In this document: positions 1 through 10,857 of the stretch, one piece after another
How positions within the stretch are numbered: the first letter of the stretch is position 1
Layout of the letters: the number at the start of each line of letters is the position of its first letter
IMG/VR virus record: IMGVR_UViG_3300036715_001783
Span: 1 to 64,000 of that record
Origin: a virus
Reading direction: 5' to 3' (one strand)
DNA length: 64,000 nucleotides
Program-made: the position numbers and the translations under genes
The notes under the pieces: generated by a model
The model's database searches: none
What the model was told of the DNA's origin: nothing
What the model saw: the letters and a program-made list of their open reading frames with translations, nothing else

Positions 1-210
<210 letters not shown>

Positions 211-294
211 TACCTGTATAATTAGTAATGTCCACAGTGGTGGAAGAGTATTAACTCTTCCACCTCTTATAAATTTACCATAAGGAATAAAAAT

Positions 295-936
295 ATGAAA
301 TTATTACAAACAATCGCATTGGCATCATTATTTGCAACATCTGCAATCGCATCAATCGCATCAGCTGCATCGGTAGGTGGCGACATTGCCACAAATGCTT
401 CGGTTCCGGTTACAAACAACACATTGGTTGATGCAGCAAATCGCAGCACTAATGTTAGTCAAGCAGCTGATTTATCGAAAGCTGTTGGTATAGCAACTGC
501 ACCTGCATTGACGACCACGTTGACAGAAACCTGTATGGGTTCAACATCAGTTGGTGGTGGTTTCTCAGGTGGTTCATTTAGTTTTGGTACAACTTGGCGG
601 GATATTGAGTGTGTTAATAGACTCAACGCAAGAGAGATTCACAGTTACGGTGATACTCAGGCAAGTAAAGAAATTATGTGTTCAAATGATGTCGTACGTG
701 AAGCGTTTAAACGTGTAGGTCGTCCATGTGCTGAAGATGGTGGCACTTATGTTGCTGTTAGTCAACAAACCACTGCTTCGGTTTCGCAACCTACACCGGT
801 AGTTGTTACTCCTCCTGTTGCAACTGATGCTACTGTTAAAGATGATGCAGATGCATCAGCACAAGACAGAGCTCGTATTATGTTGAAAGCAGAACAGGCA
901 AGTGCAGCAATGCATGCCCAGTTAGCTGGTAGATAA
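295..936 (+). CDS. Secreted protein with signal peptide and Cys-containing domain
   Basis: RBS AAGGA; MKLLQTIALASLFATSAIA signal peptide; TCMGS..GG.FSFGTTW.D.EC motif. Confidence 0.7.
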   Translation: MKLLQTIALASLFATSAIASIASAASVGGDIATNASVPVTNNTLVDAANRSTNVSQAADLSKAVGIATAPALTTTLTETCMGSTSVGGGFSGGSFSFGTTWRDIECVNRLNAREIHSYGDTQASKEIMCSNDVVREAFKRVGRPCAEDGGTYVAVSQQTTASVSQPTPVVVTPPVATDATVKDDADASAQDRARIMLKAEQASAAMHAQLAGR

Positions 937-1014
937 AAGCGCGCCGTTGAGATCACAACAAAAGCCAGAATTGGGAAACTGATTTTGGCTTTTGTTTATT
1001 TAATAGGAGGTAAT

Positions 1015-2274
1015 ATGGCAAAATCAAGAAAAAATACTGAACAGTTTATTGAAGAATCTGTAGTTATACATGGCGATAAGTATGACTATACATTAGTTGA
1101 ATATACTGGCACTTATAATAAAGTAAAAATAATATGCAAAGAGCATGGAATATTTGAACAAGTTGCAAAAAATCATACAGTGAGTAAAAGTGGTTGTCCA
1201 ATGTGTAAGAGTAAAAACACATTAGCCACTAATATGGAAAGATATGGTGCAGCTACCTTTATAACCTCAGCAGCAGGGAAGGAACAAGTAAAACAAACCA
1301 ATTTATCTTTATATGGGGTTGAAAATGCATTTCAAAATCCAGAAATACAGGAACGTCAGAGACAAACTAATTTAGAAAGGTATGGATACAAGATTGTGTG
1401 TAGTAGTCCTGTAATACAAGAAAAGCAACAACAGACAAAACTCGAACGATATGGAAATGCAAGATACACCAATAGAGAAAAAGCCAAGCAGACGATGGTG
1501 GCTAAGTATGGATTTGAACAAGCTCATCAAGTTGAACAATTCAGGGCTAAGTTTGAGGCTACGATGTTGGAACGATATGGTGTAACAAGTGCCCAACAAA
1601 ATGTAACTATACAAGAGCAAACTAAACAAACTAACCTAGTAAGGTATGGATTTGTCCATCCAAGAATGAGTAAGATTGTTCAAGATAAACAAAGACATAC
1701 AAATATCCATCGATATGGAGTGGAGTACTACACTCAAACCTCTGATATTAAAGAAAAGAGTGCAAAAACTAACCAACACAAGTATGGAGTTAATTATGCA
1801 AGACAGTCCCATTTAGTTGATGTTCTTCCACTAATAGAAGATTATAATTGGTTATTTGACCAATACATTAATCAAGATAAAACAGCTACTCAGATTGCAG
1901 CTGAAGTAGGGGCGAATGGGACCACTATTGGAAACTATTTGCGGTATCATGAAATTGAGATTAAACAGTATTTTTGGGCCTCGTATAAGTGTCAATTATG
2001 GTTAAATCAGCAGCCAGTTGAGATAATACCAGAGTGGAAGATACCTGGAACTAGATTTAGAGCAGATGGATATTGTGAGGCAACAAATACCATTTATGAA
2101 TTTCATGGTGATTATTGGCACGGAAATCCTGAAATATATCAACCAGATGAAATCAATGAAGTGGTTGGTAGGACTATGGGAGAGTTGTTTCAAAAAACCA
2201 CAGAAAGAGAGAACCAAATAAAGGCATTGGGTTATAATTTGGTGATTGTGTGGGAACATACATTTCAGTTGTAA
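1015..2274 (+). CDS. Putative homing endonuclease (HGDKYDY/Zn-finger, NLERYG repeats, C-terminal Vsr/PD-(D/E)xK-like domain)
   Basis: HGDKYDY..C..HG..GCP.C; repeated T.LERYG; RADGYC..YEFHGDYWHG; ATG after GGAGG; paralogue of 30703..31851. Confidence 0.75.
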   Translation: MAKSRKNTEQFIEESVVIHGDKYDYTLVEYTGTYNKVKIICKEHGIFEQVAKNHTVSKSGCPMCKSKNTLATNMERYGAATFITSAAGKEQVKQTNLSLYGVENAFQNPEIQERQRQTNLERYGYKIVCSSPVIQEKQQQTKLERYGNARYTNREKAKQTMVAKYGFEQAHQVEQFRAKFEATMLERYGVTSAQQNVTIQEQTKQTNLVRYGFVHPRMSKIVQDKQRHTNIHRYGVEYYTQTSDIKEKSAKTNQHKYGVNYARQSHLVDVLPLIEDYNWLFDQYINQDKTATQIAAEVGANGTTIGNYLRYHEIEIKQYFWASYKCQLWLNQQPVEIIPEWKIPGTRFRADGYCEATNTIYEFHGDYWHGNPEIYQPDEINEVVGRTMGELFQKTTERENQIKALGYNLVIVWEHTFQL

Positions 2275-2327
2275 CTCATTTGATTATGTAGTATAATATA
2301 ATTTTAAATTATTGGAGTAATGTTATT

Positions 2328-2876
2328 ATGAAACTAAACTGGTTATGTGTGTGTCTTTTAATGACTGGATGTGCTCCAGTCATTATTGATATTAATCCAT
2401 CATTACAAGAACGAGACAGAGCTAATAAGATAAAAATAGCTCAAGTTGCAAAAGTATATGGTATTGCTACACCAAATTATGTTAAAGTAGCTGACAAAGA
2501 TAATATCATTGTCACAGCAATCAAAAGTAATTCATCAACTGGTCCACAGAAAATTCAATTGGATACTTGGAAGGTTACAGCTGTTAATCATGGTATTGTG
2601 GCTAAATGTGTGACTATTGATTGGAAGTTGATGGATTTCGAGCTTACCACTAATTTACCTTATGAATTTTTAATTCGTTCCCAGGAAACGTTAAGTGTTG
2701 GCAAGATGACACAAACTATCTGGAGTTTTGATGACACTGCGCTTGCATTACCTCCATCAGGTTATATTGGTGGAATGTTAGTAAGGGATGCAGAATTCGA
2801 TAGAAAAACGCGTAAATTAACGTGTGATATGCTAGAAAATGACATACAAACTCCAACTCAGGAATCAGATAAATGA
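2328..2876 (+). CDS. Lipoprotein
   Basis: LLMTGC lipobox. Confidence 0.6.
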   Translation: MKLNWLCVCLLMTGCAPVIIDINPSLQERDRANKIKIAQVAKVYGIATPNYVKVADKDNIIVTAIKSNSSTGPQKIQLDTWKVTAVNHGIVAKCVTIDWKLMDFELTTNLPYEFLIRSQETLSVGKMTQTIWSFDDTALALPPSGYIGGMLVRDAEFDRKTRKLTCDMLENDIQTPTQESDK

Positions 2877-3352
2877 AATATTTATGGATGTTATTAATGT
2901 GTGGGGTGGTCCAAGCACAAGAATTACCTACTTTAACAGCTGATAAGGTTGCTGGTACATTAACTGTATTTTATCCGGATACTAAAGAGAGTAAGGTTGT
3001 ACCTGCTTTATTTGGTAAAGTAAAATCAGACAGGTTAAATATGGATAATTATAACATACCAGGGGTGGCAGCTGATGGTATTACCCCTGCCGGTAAGTAT
3101 AAAATCACCAAGATGTTTTCTTGGAGATTGAATGAACCTGTGTTGGTATTCATACAAGGAACCAACACAATTGAGGGTATTCATCCATTGTGGATGAACA
3201 ATCCTGAGCAACACCGAGTGGAGAGATTATTAAGTGTTACACCATCTGATAATAGAGTAACTGGTGGGTGTATTAATGTTGCACCTGATTTCTTTTATAG
3301 TGTGTTGAATAACCTACCGGATGGGGTAGAATTAACTATCCTATCTGAATAA
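2873..3352 (+). CDS. L,D-transpeptidase (YkuD-like) domain protein
   Basis: Signal peptide; ITPAGKY, GIH, TGGCINV motifs. Confidence 0.7.
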   Translation: MKYLWMLLMCGVVQAQELPTLTADKVAGTLTVFYPDTKESKVVPALFGKVKSDRLNMDNYNIPGVAADGITPAGKYKITKMFSWRLNEPVLVFIQGTNTIEGIHPLWMNNPEQHRVERLLSVTPSDNRVTGGCINVAPDFFYSVLNNLPDGVELTILSE

Positions 3353-3367
3353 CCTAAGGAGAATTAT

Positions 3368-3670
3368 ATGAAAAAAACTAACATGTTGTGTGCTATTGTT
3401 GTGATGGGGTGGGCTGGTGTTGCCACTGCTGCTCCCACAGATTTATTGAATACAGTCAATATATACGGTGTAGACCAAAACAGATTACCAGGTGCAGTAG
3501 TTGTACTCCAAAGTGAGCATCTGATTAATGAACCAAGCATTCCAGTTATTAGCAAGTTGCACAACAAGGCTCCTGTAAATAAGATCTATGATGGAAATGC
3601 TACTGCATTGCCTATTCCTCCATCATCAGTGGAACAATCACCAACTGTTCCTCAAAACATCGTTGAGTAG
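3368..3670 (+). CDS. Secreted hypothetical protein
   Basis: RBS AAGGAG; signal peptide. Confidence 0.55.
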   Translation: MKKTNMLCAIVVMGWAGVATAAPTDLLNTVNIYGVDQNRLPGAVVVLQSEHLINEPSIPVISKLHNKAPVNKIYDGNATALPIPPSSVEQSPTVPQNIVE

Positions 3671-3678
3671 GGCAAGGA

Positions 3679-4236
3679 ATGACTGAAAAAATCTATAGTG
3701 GAATTGGTTCGAGAGACACTCCTGCACCAATTCTATTACAAATGGAGCAGTTGGCTGTGTTAGCATCTGAACAGGGTTGGATTTTGAGGTCAGGAGGGGC
3801 GGTGGGTGCTGATTCGGCATTTGAGGCGGGGTGTGATAAAGTTAGTGGACAAAAAGAAATTTACATTCCATTCAAGTTATTCAATAACCACCATTCCTCC
3901 CTATACCCACCATCTGAACTTGCACACATGACTGCAAAATATGTTCATCCAAATTATACTGCGTTATCACGAGTTGCCAGATTATTAATTGGTAGAAATA
4001 TGCATCAAATACTTGGTTGGAATATGAGTCTTCCTGTGAGGTGTGTTGTGTGTTACACAAAAGATGGGTGTGAATCGTTTAAAACTTATAGTAGAGGTAC
4101 GGGTGGAACAGGTAGTGCTATTGCACTTGCGTCATATCTAAGTATTCCGGTGTTCAATTTATACCACAAAGATAGATATGATGCTGCAGTTAAATTTTTA
4201 ATGGACCCAGATGAATGTGAAATCATTCAATTATAG
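3679..4236 (+). CDS. SLOG/DprA-like protein
   Basis: YSGIGSR.TP, LRSGGA.GAD, GGTGSAI..A....IPVFNL. Confidence 0.8.
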   Translation: MTEKIYSGIGSRDTPAPILLQMEQLAVLASEQGWILRSGGAVGADSAFEAGCDKVSGQKEIYIPFKLFNNHHSSLYPPSELAHMTAKYVHPNYTALSRVARLLIGRNMHQILGWNMSLPVRCVVCYTKDGCESFKTYSRGTGGTGSAIALASYLSIPVFNLYHKDRYDAAVKFLMDPDECEIIQL

Positions 4237-4245
4237 GAGATTAGT

Positions 4246-4440
4246 ATGTCTAAGTACAAATTAGTAAGACACAGTGTTGTGAATTTACAAGTTTTGGAAG
4301 ATGAAGTAAATGAATTAATTGAGCAGGGGTGGGCTCCTGTGGGCAGTGTTATTCAAACAACTATTGATGGTACAATTGTGTTTGTCCAACAAATGAAATT
4401 TGTACAAGCTATTGATACTGCCACAATGTATGACACATAA
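4246..4440 (+). CDS. DUF1737-like small protein
   Basis: LE..VN.LI..GW.P.G....F.Q.M pattern. Confidence 0.55.
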   Translation: MSKYKLVRHSVVNLQVLEDEVNELIEQGWAPVGSVIQTTIDGTIVFVQQMKFVQAIDTATMYDT

Positions 4441-4864
4441 ATATATGTCTATTATAGGAGATATATTATGTTAACGGAACAAGAACCAATTCGATATCAA
4501 GTCACAATTAAGGGAGTGCCATATGGGTCTCCACAGCCAACTCGTCAATTAGCTGAACAGTTATTGTACAATTTATCTGTTGATCAACGTGTATTAACAG
4601 AAATCAAACAAGTAACACCAACTGGTCAAGAACTTTTGTTGGGATAAATTATCAATCCGTTGTAAATATAGGTTATTAACCTTTACAACGGAGATATACC
4701 CCATATGTTAGACTTACTTGGACCAGAAGAAATCCTCGAACAATTAGATTTAATTATTGAATCCCTTACACAATTTGAAAGTTGTTACGAGTGTGTTGAT
4801 ATTGCTACACATTTGAGGGACGAATTAGCTGACTCATTAGATATGTAATAAATACTATTACAAT

Positions 4865-5308
4865 TTGATTGGTGAGAAAGTTATGAAGTTACAAGAATTG
4901 TTGGAGATGTCCAACACAGAAATATCTGTCCTATCTGGACTGATTCAACGAATATTCAAATCACTGGTTCCAGTAGAGGTAGTTACGTCTGGACCATCTC
5001 AACATTCTCATTTGGTAGATCGATTAACTGGTAGGGAAGCAGAAGTTACTTTACCAGAAGTTACCAGTGCATTCACTAAAGCAAAACAAGTAGCTGGTAT
5101 GGAACTGTTTAATATTCCTGAAGATCAAACACAAATAAAATGGATAATCAAGGACACGGAATCAAATTTAAATATTGTGGTGGATGTGTTTGCACATCCT
5201 AGAATACCAGGTAAGTTTGTTATAAAGTGTGTTACAATTATGAGAAAAGATTGTCACAAATTTGGGTGTGATTATACGTCAGGTAATTACAAAGAGCTAT
5301 ATGTATAA
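4865..5308 (+). CDS. Late hypothetical protein; true start probably MKLQELLE at 4883
   Basis: ATAAATA late-promoter-like box upstream; H..DR, D..S.LNI, TIMRK pattern. Confidence 0.5.
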   Translation: MIGEKVMKLQELLEMSNTEISVLSGLIQRIFKSLVPVEVVTSGPSQHSHLVDRLTGREAEVTLPEVTSAFTKAKQVAGMELFNIPEDQTQIKWIIKDTESNLNIVVDVFAHPRIPGKFVIKCVTIMRKDCHKFGCDYTSGNYKELYV

Positions 5309-5378
5309 GTGTATCAAAACTTAGTAAAGAACTGGCTATGAATCATAAATAATTAATACAAATATACTGGAGCACAAC

Positions 5379-6758
5379 ATGCCACAACCACAAATAAAAG
5401 CATTAGCAAAAAAACGCAATACTGCCGTAACAGAATCTGAAAGCAGATGGAAAAAAGCACATAAAACTGCTATTAGAGAAGGTAAAGGTGATAACCTTGC
5501 TTATGTTACAAGTATCTACAAAAAAATGATGGGTGAAAGCTTTTCTAATGTAAGCTTGAAACAATTCTTAGCATTATCTGAAATGACAAATGATGTTGGA
5601 GATATTAGTTATAGCTCAAGAGATGATTTAGCATCAGATCACCAAGACAATCTTGACGACGAAGACAATCTTGACGACGAAGACGAGTTTGGTGATGAAG
5701 ACCAGGGCGAATTCGATGACGAAGACGAGTTCGGTGATGAAGACGAGTTCGGTGATGAAGACGAGTTCGGTGATGAAGACCAGGGCGAGTTCGGTGATGA
5801 AGACGAGTTCGGTGATGAAGATGGTTATGACGGTGAAGATGGTGAATTGGGCCATAAATTAGCTGGTATTGTTGACAGTAGCCGTGGGAACTTTGGTGAA
5901 AGTGCGTCTCCTAAAACATTCTTACAATCATTGAATAGAATCAATGAAGGTAAAGCAGCTAAGAAGAAAAAACCATCTATTAAAAAAGCAGCAAAGTCTG
6001 TATATCACCGTGACTATGTAAAAACCAAGAAAAAACCATATAGACAATATGATCCAAGTCAAATCAACGAAGGTCCAATGGATTATTTGAAAGGTGTGGG
6101 ACAACATATTGGTGGTAGAATTGCTTCAAAGATGGAACAACGTGGTAGACAAACTATGCAACCAATTCTAGCTGCTCATGCTGCTGGGAAACAAGCAAGT
6201 GCTCAAGGAGACAGACGTAAGTCAGAAAAGAGTACGCAAGAATGGAATACTCGCTGTCAAAATGCTTTATTGCCAACTGTTGCAGAATTAGGTAGAACTA
6301 TGGTTGATTTATATAATGCTGAAAAAGGTACAAAACAAGGTACAAATGAAGGTGTTATGGATTACATGAGAGGTGCTAGAGGTGCTGTCGGTGGTGCTGC
6401 TAGAGGTGCTGCAAGTTCAGTCAGAGGTGCAGCAGGACAAGCAGGACAAGCAGTTTCAGGAGCTGCAAGACAGATGGGAGATGCTGCTATGGGTGCTGCA
6501 GGCCAAGTTGGACGTTCAGCGCAACAAGCTGGAGGTGCAATTAAAGGTGCAGTTCAAAATGTACATCAACAAGGTCGTGCTAGTGATTTAGCAAGTCAAA
6601 AAACAATGTTAATGACTCGCTTGTGTAAAATATCAAAAGCATTGGGGCCACAAGTTGTACTTAAAGCAATGTCGTCTACATTTGCATCACGCCACATTAA
6701 TTTGTATAACAAAATGAAAAAAGAATTTACTGCAGCTTGCCAACAACAGCAAGGTTAA
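5379..6758 (+). CDS. Late acidic low-complexity protein, probable virion internal protein
   Basis: CATAAATA upstream; DEDEFG repeats; repeated (I/T)NEG motifs. Confidence 0.55.
   Translation: MPQPQIKALAKKRNTAVTESESRWKKAHKTAIREGKGDNLAYVTSIYKKMMGESFSNVSLKQFLALSEMTNDVGDISYSSRDDLASDHQDNLDDEDNLDDEDEFGDEDQGEFDDEDEFGDEDEFGDEDEFGDEDQGEFGDEDEFGDEDGYDGEDGELGHKLAGIVDSSRGNFGESASPKTFLQSLNRINEGKAAKKKKPSIKKAAKSVYHRDYVKTKKKPYRQYDPSQINEGPMDYLKGVGQHIGGRIASKMEQRGRQTMQPILAAHAAGKQASAQGDRRKSEKSTQEWNTRCQNALLPTVAELGRTMVDLYNAEKGTKQGTNEGVMDYMRGARGAVGGAARGAASSVRGAAGQAGQAVSGAARQMGDAAMGAAGQVGRSAQQAGGAIKGAVQNVHQQGRASDLASQKTMLMTRLCKISKALGPQVVLKAMSSTFASRHINLYNKMKKEFTAACQQQQG
5643..5822 (+). repeat. Coding tandem repeats of GAAGACGAGTTCGGTGAT (DEDEFG)
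   Basis: Visible 18-bp units with variants. Confidence 0.85.
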
Positions 6759-6759
6759 G

Positions 6760-6788
6760 TTGATTTAATCACTATGAAGTTGTATAAT
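6760..6788 (+). promoter_or_regulatory. Sigma70-like early promoter
   Basis: TTGATT-N17-TATAAT; similar promoters recur throughout the window. Confidence 0.75.
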
Positions 6789-6811
6789 ATCCTTTTAATC
6801 GAGGATATTAT

Positions 6812-7135
6812 ATGACAACAAAATCACTTTGGATTGATGACATTCGAACACCAGACAATCCTGATCAATATGATATTGCCCGCACTTATGATGAGGCAAT
6901 TGATTTTCTTTCAAAAAATAAGTATAATACAATTTTCCTAGATCATGATCTTGCTGATTTTAAAGATGGTAAAGAGCGGACAGGATATACAATTGTGTTG
7001 TGGTTAGCAGAACGAGCCCACAATGGCTTATATGTACCGCATGAATATAAATTTCTAACAGCTAATCCTGTTGGACGAAGAAATATGGCAGCGGTAATCG
7101 AAAAATACTTAACAAAAGAGGAATCATCAATATGA
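6812..7135 (+). CDS. Cyclic-phosphate-processing receiver-domain protein
   Basis: LWIDDIR.P, IFLDHDL, TGY, TANPVGR motifs. Confidence 0.75.
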   Translation: MTTKSLWIDDIRTPDNPDQYDIARTYDEAIDFLSKNKYNTIFLDHDLADFKDGKERTGYTIVLWLAERAHNGLYVPHEYKFLTANPVGRRNMAAVIEKYLTKEESSI

Positions 7136-8466
7136 ATAACGTAACAATCCCTGAACCAATCGTAAAATCGTTTGATTTGGTATTTGGTAACCGAGATGGT
7201 AGCATCGATAATGCTGCTGTACCTGTTCGCTGGTGTTTGACTCCAGCATTGCTGAAACAAATCAGAGATTCTGGGATGGTGAGTCCTAGAGTTGTTGTAC
7301 TAGTTACCTACTACTATGATTCCGACACTGATTATTCAATTGGGTTCAATGAAGAACGCCATGTATTTCCGTTGGAGCAATTTATTGCATATGTTCCATT
7401 GTCTCGTCCTGGTAATATACAAGTCAATGCTTACTTAATGTGTGCTGACAAAGTAATGAATAAAGCAGCCGAACACGAAATAGTGAAACGTAATTCGTAT
7501 GGTGATTATTATTGGGGCAGATTGTGGGTAAATGCTAAATTTGAATCAGGACAACGTGAAGTGAGTAATGGAGTTACTACCATGGAAATCGTTGCTTCGG
7601 CCGAAGATTACAGATTGAACATTCCAAAGGAATTATTTGGCAAGCCATTACCAAATTGGTTGGCTGGATTGGTTAATAGATACAATTCTTCCCCGGCAGT
7701 GGATCAATGTGAACAACGGAGACGGTTATTATTTTTTCCAATTAAATTGATGTTTATTGTGATTGAAGCCTTTATGCGGTGGATTGGGATTGCTGCAATA
7801 TATCTTTGGTTTAATATAATGGGATATGTTAATGTTGAAACTCGGTACCTCCGGCATCCGTTGATATATGGGTGGGATGCATACAGCAAAGGGGATTACA
7901 AATTTTGTATGGTGGCATTTGATGAGTGGGCAAAAGAAAGTGATGAAAATTCGTGGCAACAGATCTGTAAGCTAATTGTTGCTTTTTTTGTCATTCCATA
8001 TAGAATAGTTGTGGTTCCACTAGCTAGTATGGGGATTGGACTTATTGCTAATACAGCTGATAATTTGGATATAGTTTGGTGGTATGGGGCGGTGATACCT
8101 ATCGCAATTATGACTGCACTCGTTGTTGTATTGTTGGGGATGGTAGGTGTGGTTATGTTATATGAATCGGTGAAGACTGGTAGTATTGGTAGATTTAGTT
8201 ATAACTGGCTCTATCCAGTATTCAAACCAATTGATGATTTCTGTGATAAAATTGCAGATAAAGTAGATGCTTATCATGATAGAAAGTATAAAGCACAAGG
8301 TATAGCAGAAGCAGCTCATTTGGCCAAAGTTGAAAAGTATTTAACTTGTGACAATAAACCACATGATGTTGTGGCGGAACCTTCAGCTATCCCTTTCAAA
8401 GATCAAACGATGGCTTTGCGATACACCAGTATCAAAAACAAAGTATGTAAACCAATGGTGCACTAA
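7132..8466 (+). CDS. Membrane protein
   Basis: Several hydrophobic segments in the C-terminal half. Confidence 0.6.
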   Translation: MNNVTIPEPIVKSFDLVFGNRDGSIDNAAVPVRWCLTPALLKQIRDSGMVSPRVVVLVTYYYDSDTDYSIGFNEERHVFPLEQFIAYVPLSRPGNIQVNAYLMCADKVMNKAAEHEIVKRNSYGDYYWGRLWVNAKFESGQREVSNGVTTMEIVASAEDYRLNIPKELFGKPLPNWLAGLVNRYNSSPAVDQCEQRRRLLFFPIKLMFIVIEAFMRWIGIAAIYLWFNIMGYVNVETRYLRHPLIYGWDAYSKGDYKFCMVAFDEWAKESDENSWQQICKLIVAFFVIPYRIVVVPLASMGIGLIANTADNLDIVWWYGAVIPIAIMTALVVVLLGMVGVVMLYESVKTGSIGRFSYNWLYPVFKPIDDFCDKIADKVDAYHDRKYKAQGIAEAAHLAKVEKYLTCDNKPHDVVAEPSAIPFKDQTMALRYTSIKNKVCKPMVH

Positions 8467-8771
8467 TGGCAGAACAAAAAGAAAAGATTTTCTTAATGAC
8501 GTATTATGATGAAGATGTGTTTGGAGGTACTACCATGGTATCTCATGGAATAACAGAACATTCTCTCAAGAATGTGATTTTACCACAAGAAACATTGTCA
8601 TATTATATCAACAATATGCAAGCACAGTTAGATGAAAATACATCTGATTATTTTATTCAATAATTTGATATAGCCCAACACACAGGAGAAATGGTAACCC
8701 ATTTCTCCTGTTGTCGTTTAAGGGGATTAGGAGTATAATATGTTTTTATCGTATAGCTTTAGGAGATTAAT

Positions 8772-8819
8772 ATGACTGAATTTGATAACGACAATATTCA
8801 AGTGTATGTTGTTGGTGGT
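8772..8819 (+). pseudogene. Stranded former N-terminus of CCA-adding enzyme
   Basis: Promoter and AGGAG, then MTEFDNDNIQVYVVGG, matching MEVYVCGG of 9711; cut by the endonuclease gene. Confidence 0.75.
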
Positions 8820-9605
8820 TTAGAATACCTTACTTAATATATTAGCAATATTTTTCTTTTCTGTATAAGGAATACGTAATATTTTAATACTATTTTCAAT
8901 GCAATATCTATTTTTGATATCATCTCTATATTGAGTTTTGTCTAATAAATGTTGCATTTGTTCTTCTGTCATCTTTTGATGAAATTTAACAGGTTTAAAG
9001 TGTTGTTCTCCGTCATATTCTATTATCATATTGTGTGATGGAATAAACACATCAAATTTTAATGGATATTTAGTTTTAGGATTAATACAATCATTGAACT
9101 TGTGTTCAGTTAAATGTTCAATAGAATTAGTACTTAACCAGTTGGTGATAAGAGACTGACCTCTCGAATTCTTACACTTTGGACAACCAGAACCAGCTAA
9201 ATGGTTGCCCACCCTTTGTGTAAACTTTCCATGTATGCGACAACCAATAGTAATTTTTTTGAGATATGATTGGTATATGCAATCAGAATAATCATATTTA
9301 TCCCCATGTACTTCTTTAAAACGTAACAAGGCCTCTTCTTGTGACCAAGTACCGAGTTTATTTCGTTGTCTAGTAAATTCTCTACCACATGCCCCACACC
9401 CACATGGTCTATTTGAGTTGTCGGGATTATTCCAATTTTTTGTATGATTATTTGCTTCCACAGTAAACTTACCATGTATTGGACAAATAACTATAACAGT
9501 ATTCCACATAGTAGTGTATTTAGTTAATGAATAATCATACTTATGATTGTGAGCTATATTAGCTCTACTAATAAACTCTTCTTGTGATAACCGTTTTCTG
9601 CTCAT
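8820..9605 (-). CDS. Homing endonuclease (HGDKYDY repeats plus DUF559/PD-(D/E)xK-like domain)
   Basis: HKYDYS, HGDKYDYS, GCPKC, FDVF...IEYDGEQH; late promoter upstream. Confidence 0.8.
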   Translation of the reverse strand: MSRKRLSQEEFISRANIAHNHKYDYSLTKYTTMWNTVIVICPIHGKFTVEANNHTKNWNNPDNSNRPCGCGACGREFTRQRNKLGTWSQEEALLRFKEVHGDKYDYSDCIYQSYLKKITIGCRIHGKFTQRVGNHLAGSGCPKCKNSRGQSLITNWLSTNSIEHLTEHKFNDCINPKTKYPLKFDVFIPSHNMIIEYDGEQHFKPVKFHQKMTEEQMQHLLDKTQYRDDIKNRYCIENSIKILRIPYTEKKNIANILSKVF

Positions 9606-9710
9606 ATTTAATGCCTGTTATAAATAGTTGGAGGGTGTGTATATTTATGTATTGACTTTTTAGGGTAAAAATATTATAATATATTTTTTAAATTAAGAAA
9701 GGAGAATACT

Positions 9711-10826
9711 ATGGAAGTATACGTTTGTGGGGGAGCCGTTCGTGACGTGTTGATTGGAATTAAACCTAAAGACATTGATTATGTGGTAGTTGGTGCAACA
9801 CCTGAAGATATGGTAGCTCATAATTTCACTCAAGTTGGAATTGATTTTCCAGTATTTCTGCATCCGAAAACGGGTGATGAATACGCATTAGCGCGGGTTG
9901 AAAGAAAGACAGGAGTTGGATACACAGAATTTGACTGTAATACAAATGGCATTACATTAGAAGAAGATTTGAGTCGTAGAGACTTAACAATGAATGGTAT
10001 GGCAGTTCATATTGATGATTGGGAAACATTTGTTGAAACTGGATCCACTTGTTTATTAATTGATCCATTTCATGGATATGATGACATTATATCCAGAACA
10101 ATTCGACACATTGGACCTGCTTTCAGTGAAGACCCAATTCGGGTATTGCGGGCAGCAAGATTCAGTGGAAGATACGGTTTTGATATTTGTGCTCATACAA
10201 AAGTGTTAATGGCTGATGTGGTACAAGAATTAAACACTATATCCACTGATCGTATCTGGACTGAGTTTCAGAAAGGATTGGGTGAACAATATGCTTACAG
10301 AATGATTGAAGTATTAGAACAGGTTGGAGCATTTGATGTTGATATTATGTGTCCATTTAAGCAAGAACAAGAAGTAGATTTGTTTAATGGAAACGATCGG
10401 GTATTATCAATGAAATACTCACCAGTGAATATTCCTGTCAGATTTGCAATCATGGGTCAGCATTTTGACGAAACAACATTCAAGTCTCACCGCATCCCGA
10501 ATGACTGTGTCAAGTTGACTATGGCTGTTCAAAAGCATGGGACAACCTTAGTAAAATTTGATGAGCAACCAAAAGAGGTGCGGTTGAATATTATTGAACA
10601 GCTGAGAGCTGTTAATAGTTCTGAGTTTGTGGATACGGTATTCACTACATTAATGGTAATGAGTGGTAACTCGTTAGAAGGTCCAAGGCACCAATTTGCC
10701 CGTGATGTGAATGTGATTAGACATATTGGTTCTGATGGAACTATTGAACAAATTATAGCTGATACGCCAAAAGGTTCTGATATTAAACAAAAAATCAAAG
10801 AAGCTCGGTTAGCGGTTATGGATTAA
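9711..10826 (+). CDS. cca: tRNA nucleotidyltransferase (CCA-adding enzyme)
   Basis: GGAVRD..G..PKDIDYVV, EYALAR.E, EDL.RRDLT.N, EDP.RVLRAARF. Confidence 0.95.
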   Translation: MEVYVCGGAVRDVLIGIKPKDIDYVVVGATPEDMVAHNFTQVGIDFPVFLHPKTGDEYALARVERKTGVGYTEFDCNTNGITLEEDLSRRDLTMNGMAVHIDDWETFVETGSTCLLIDPFHGYDDIISRTIRHIGPAFSEDPIRVLRAARFSGRYGFDICAHTKVLMADVVQELNTISTDRIWTEFQKGLGEQYAYRMIEVLEQVGAFDVDIMCPFKQEQEVDLFNGNDRVLSMKYSPVNIPVRFAIMGQHFDETTFKSHRIPNDCVKLTMAVQKHGTTLVKFDEQPKEVRLNIIEQLRAVNSSEFVDTVFTTLMVMSGNSLEGPRHQFARDVNVIRHIGSDGTIEQIIADTPKGSDIKQKIKEARLAVMD

Positions 10827-10857
10827 TAAATACTGTAGTGCTTACAGAGGAAGTAAA

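Noticed and set aside
5643-5822. 18-bp and 15-bp (43023-43087) repeats as CRISPR-like arrays
   Set aside because: In-frame acidic coding repeats with no spacers.
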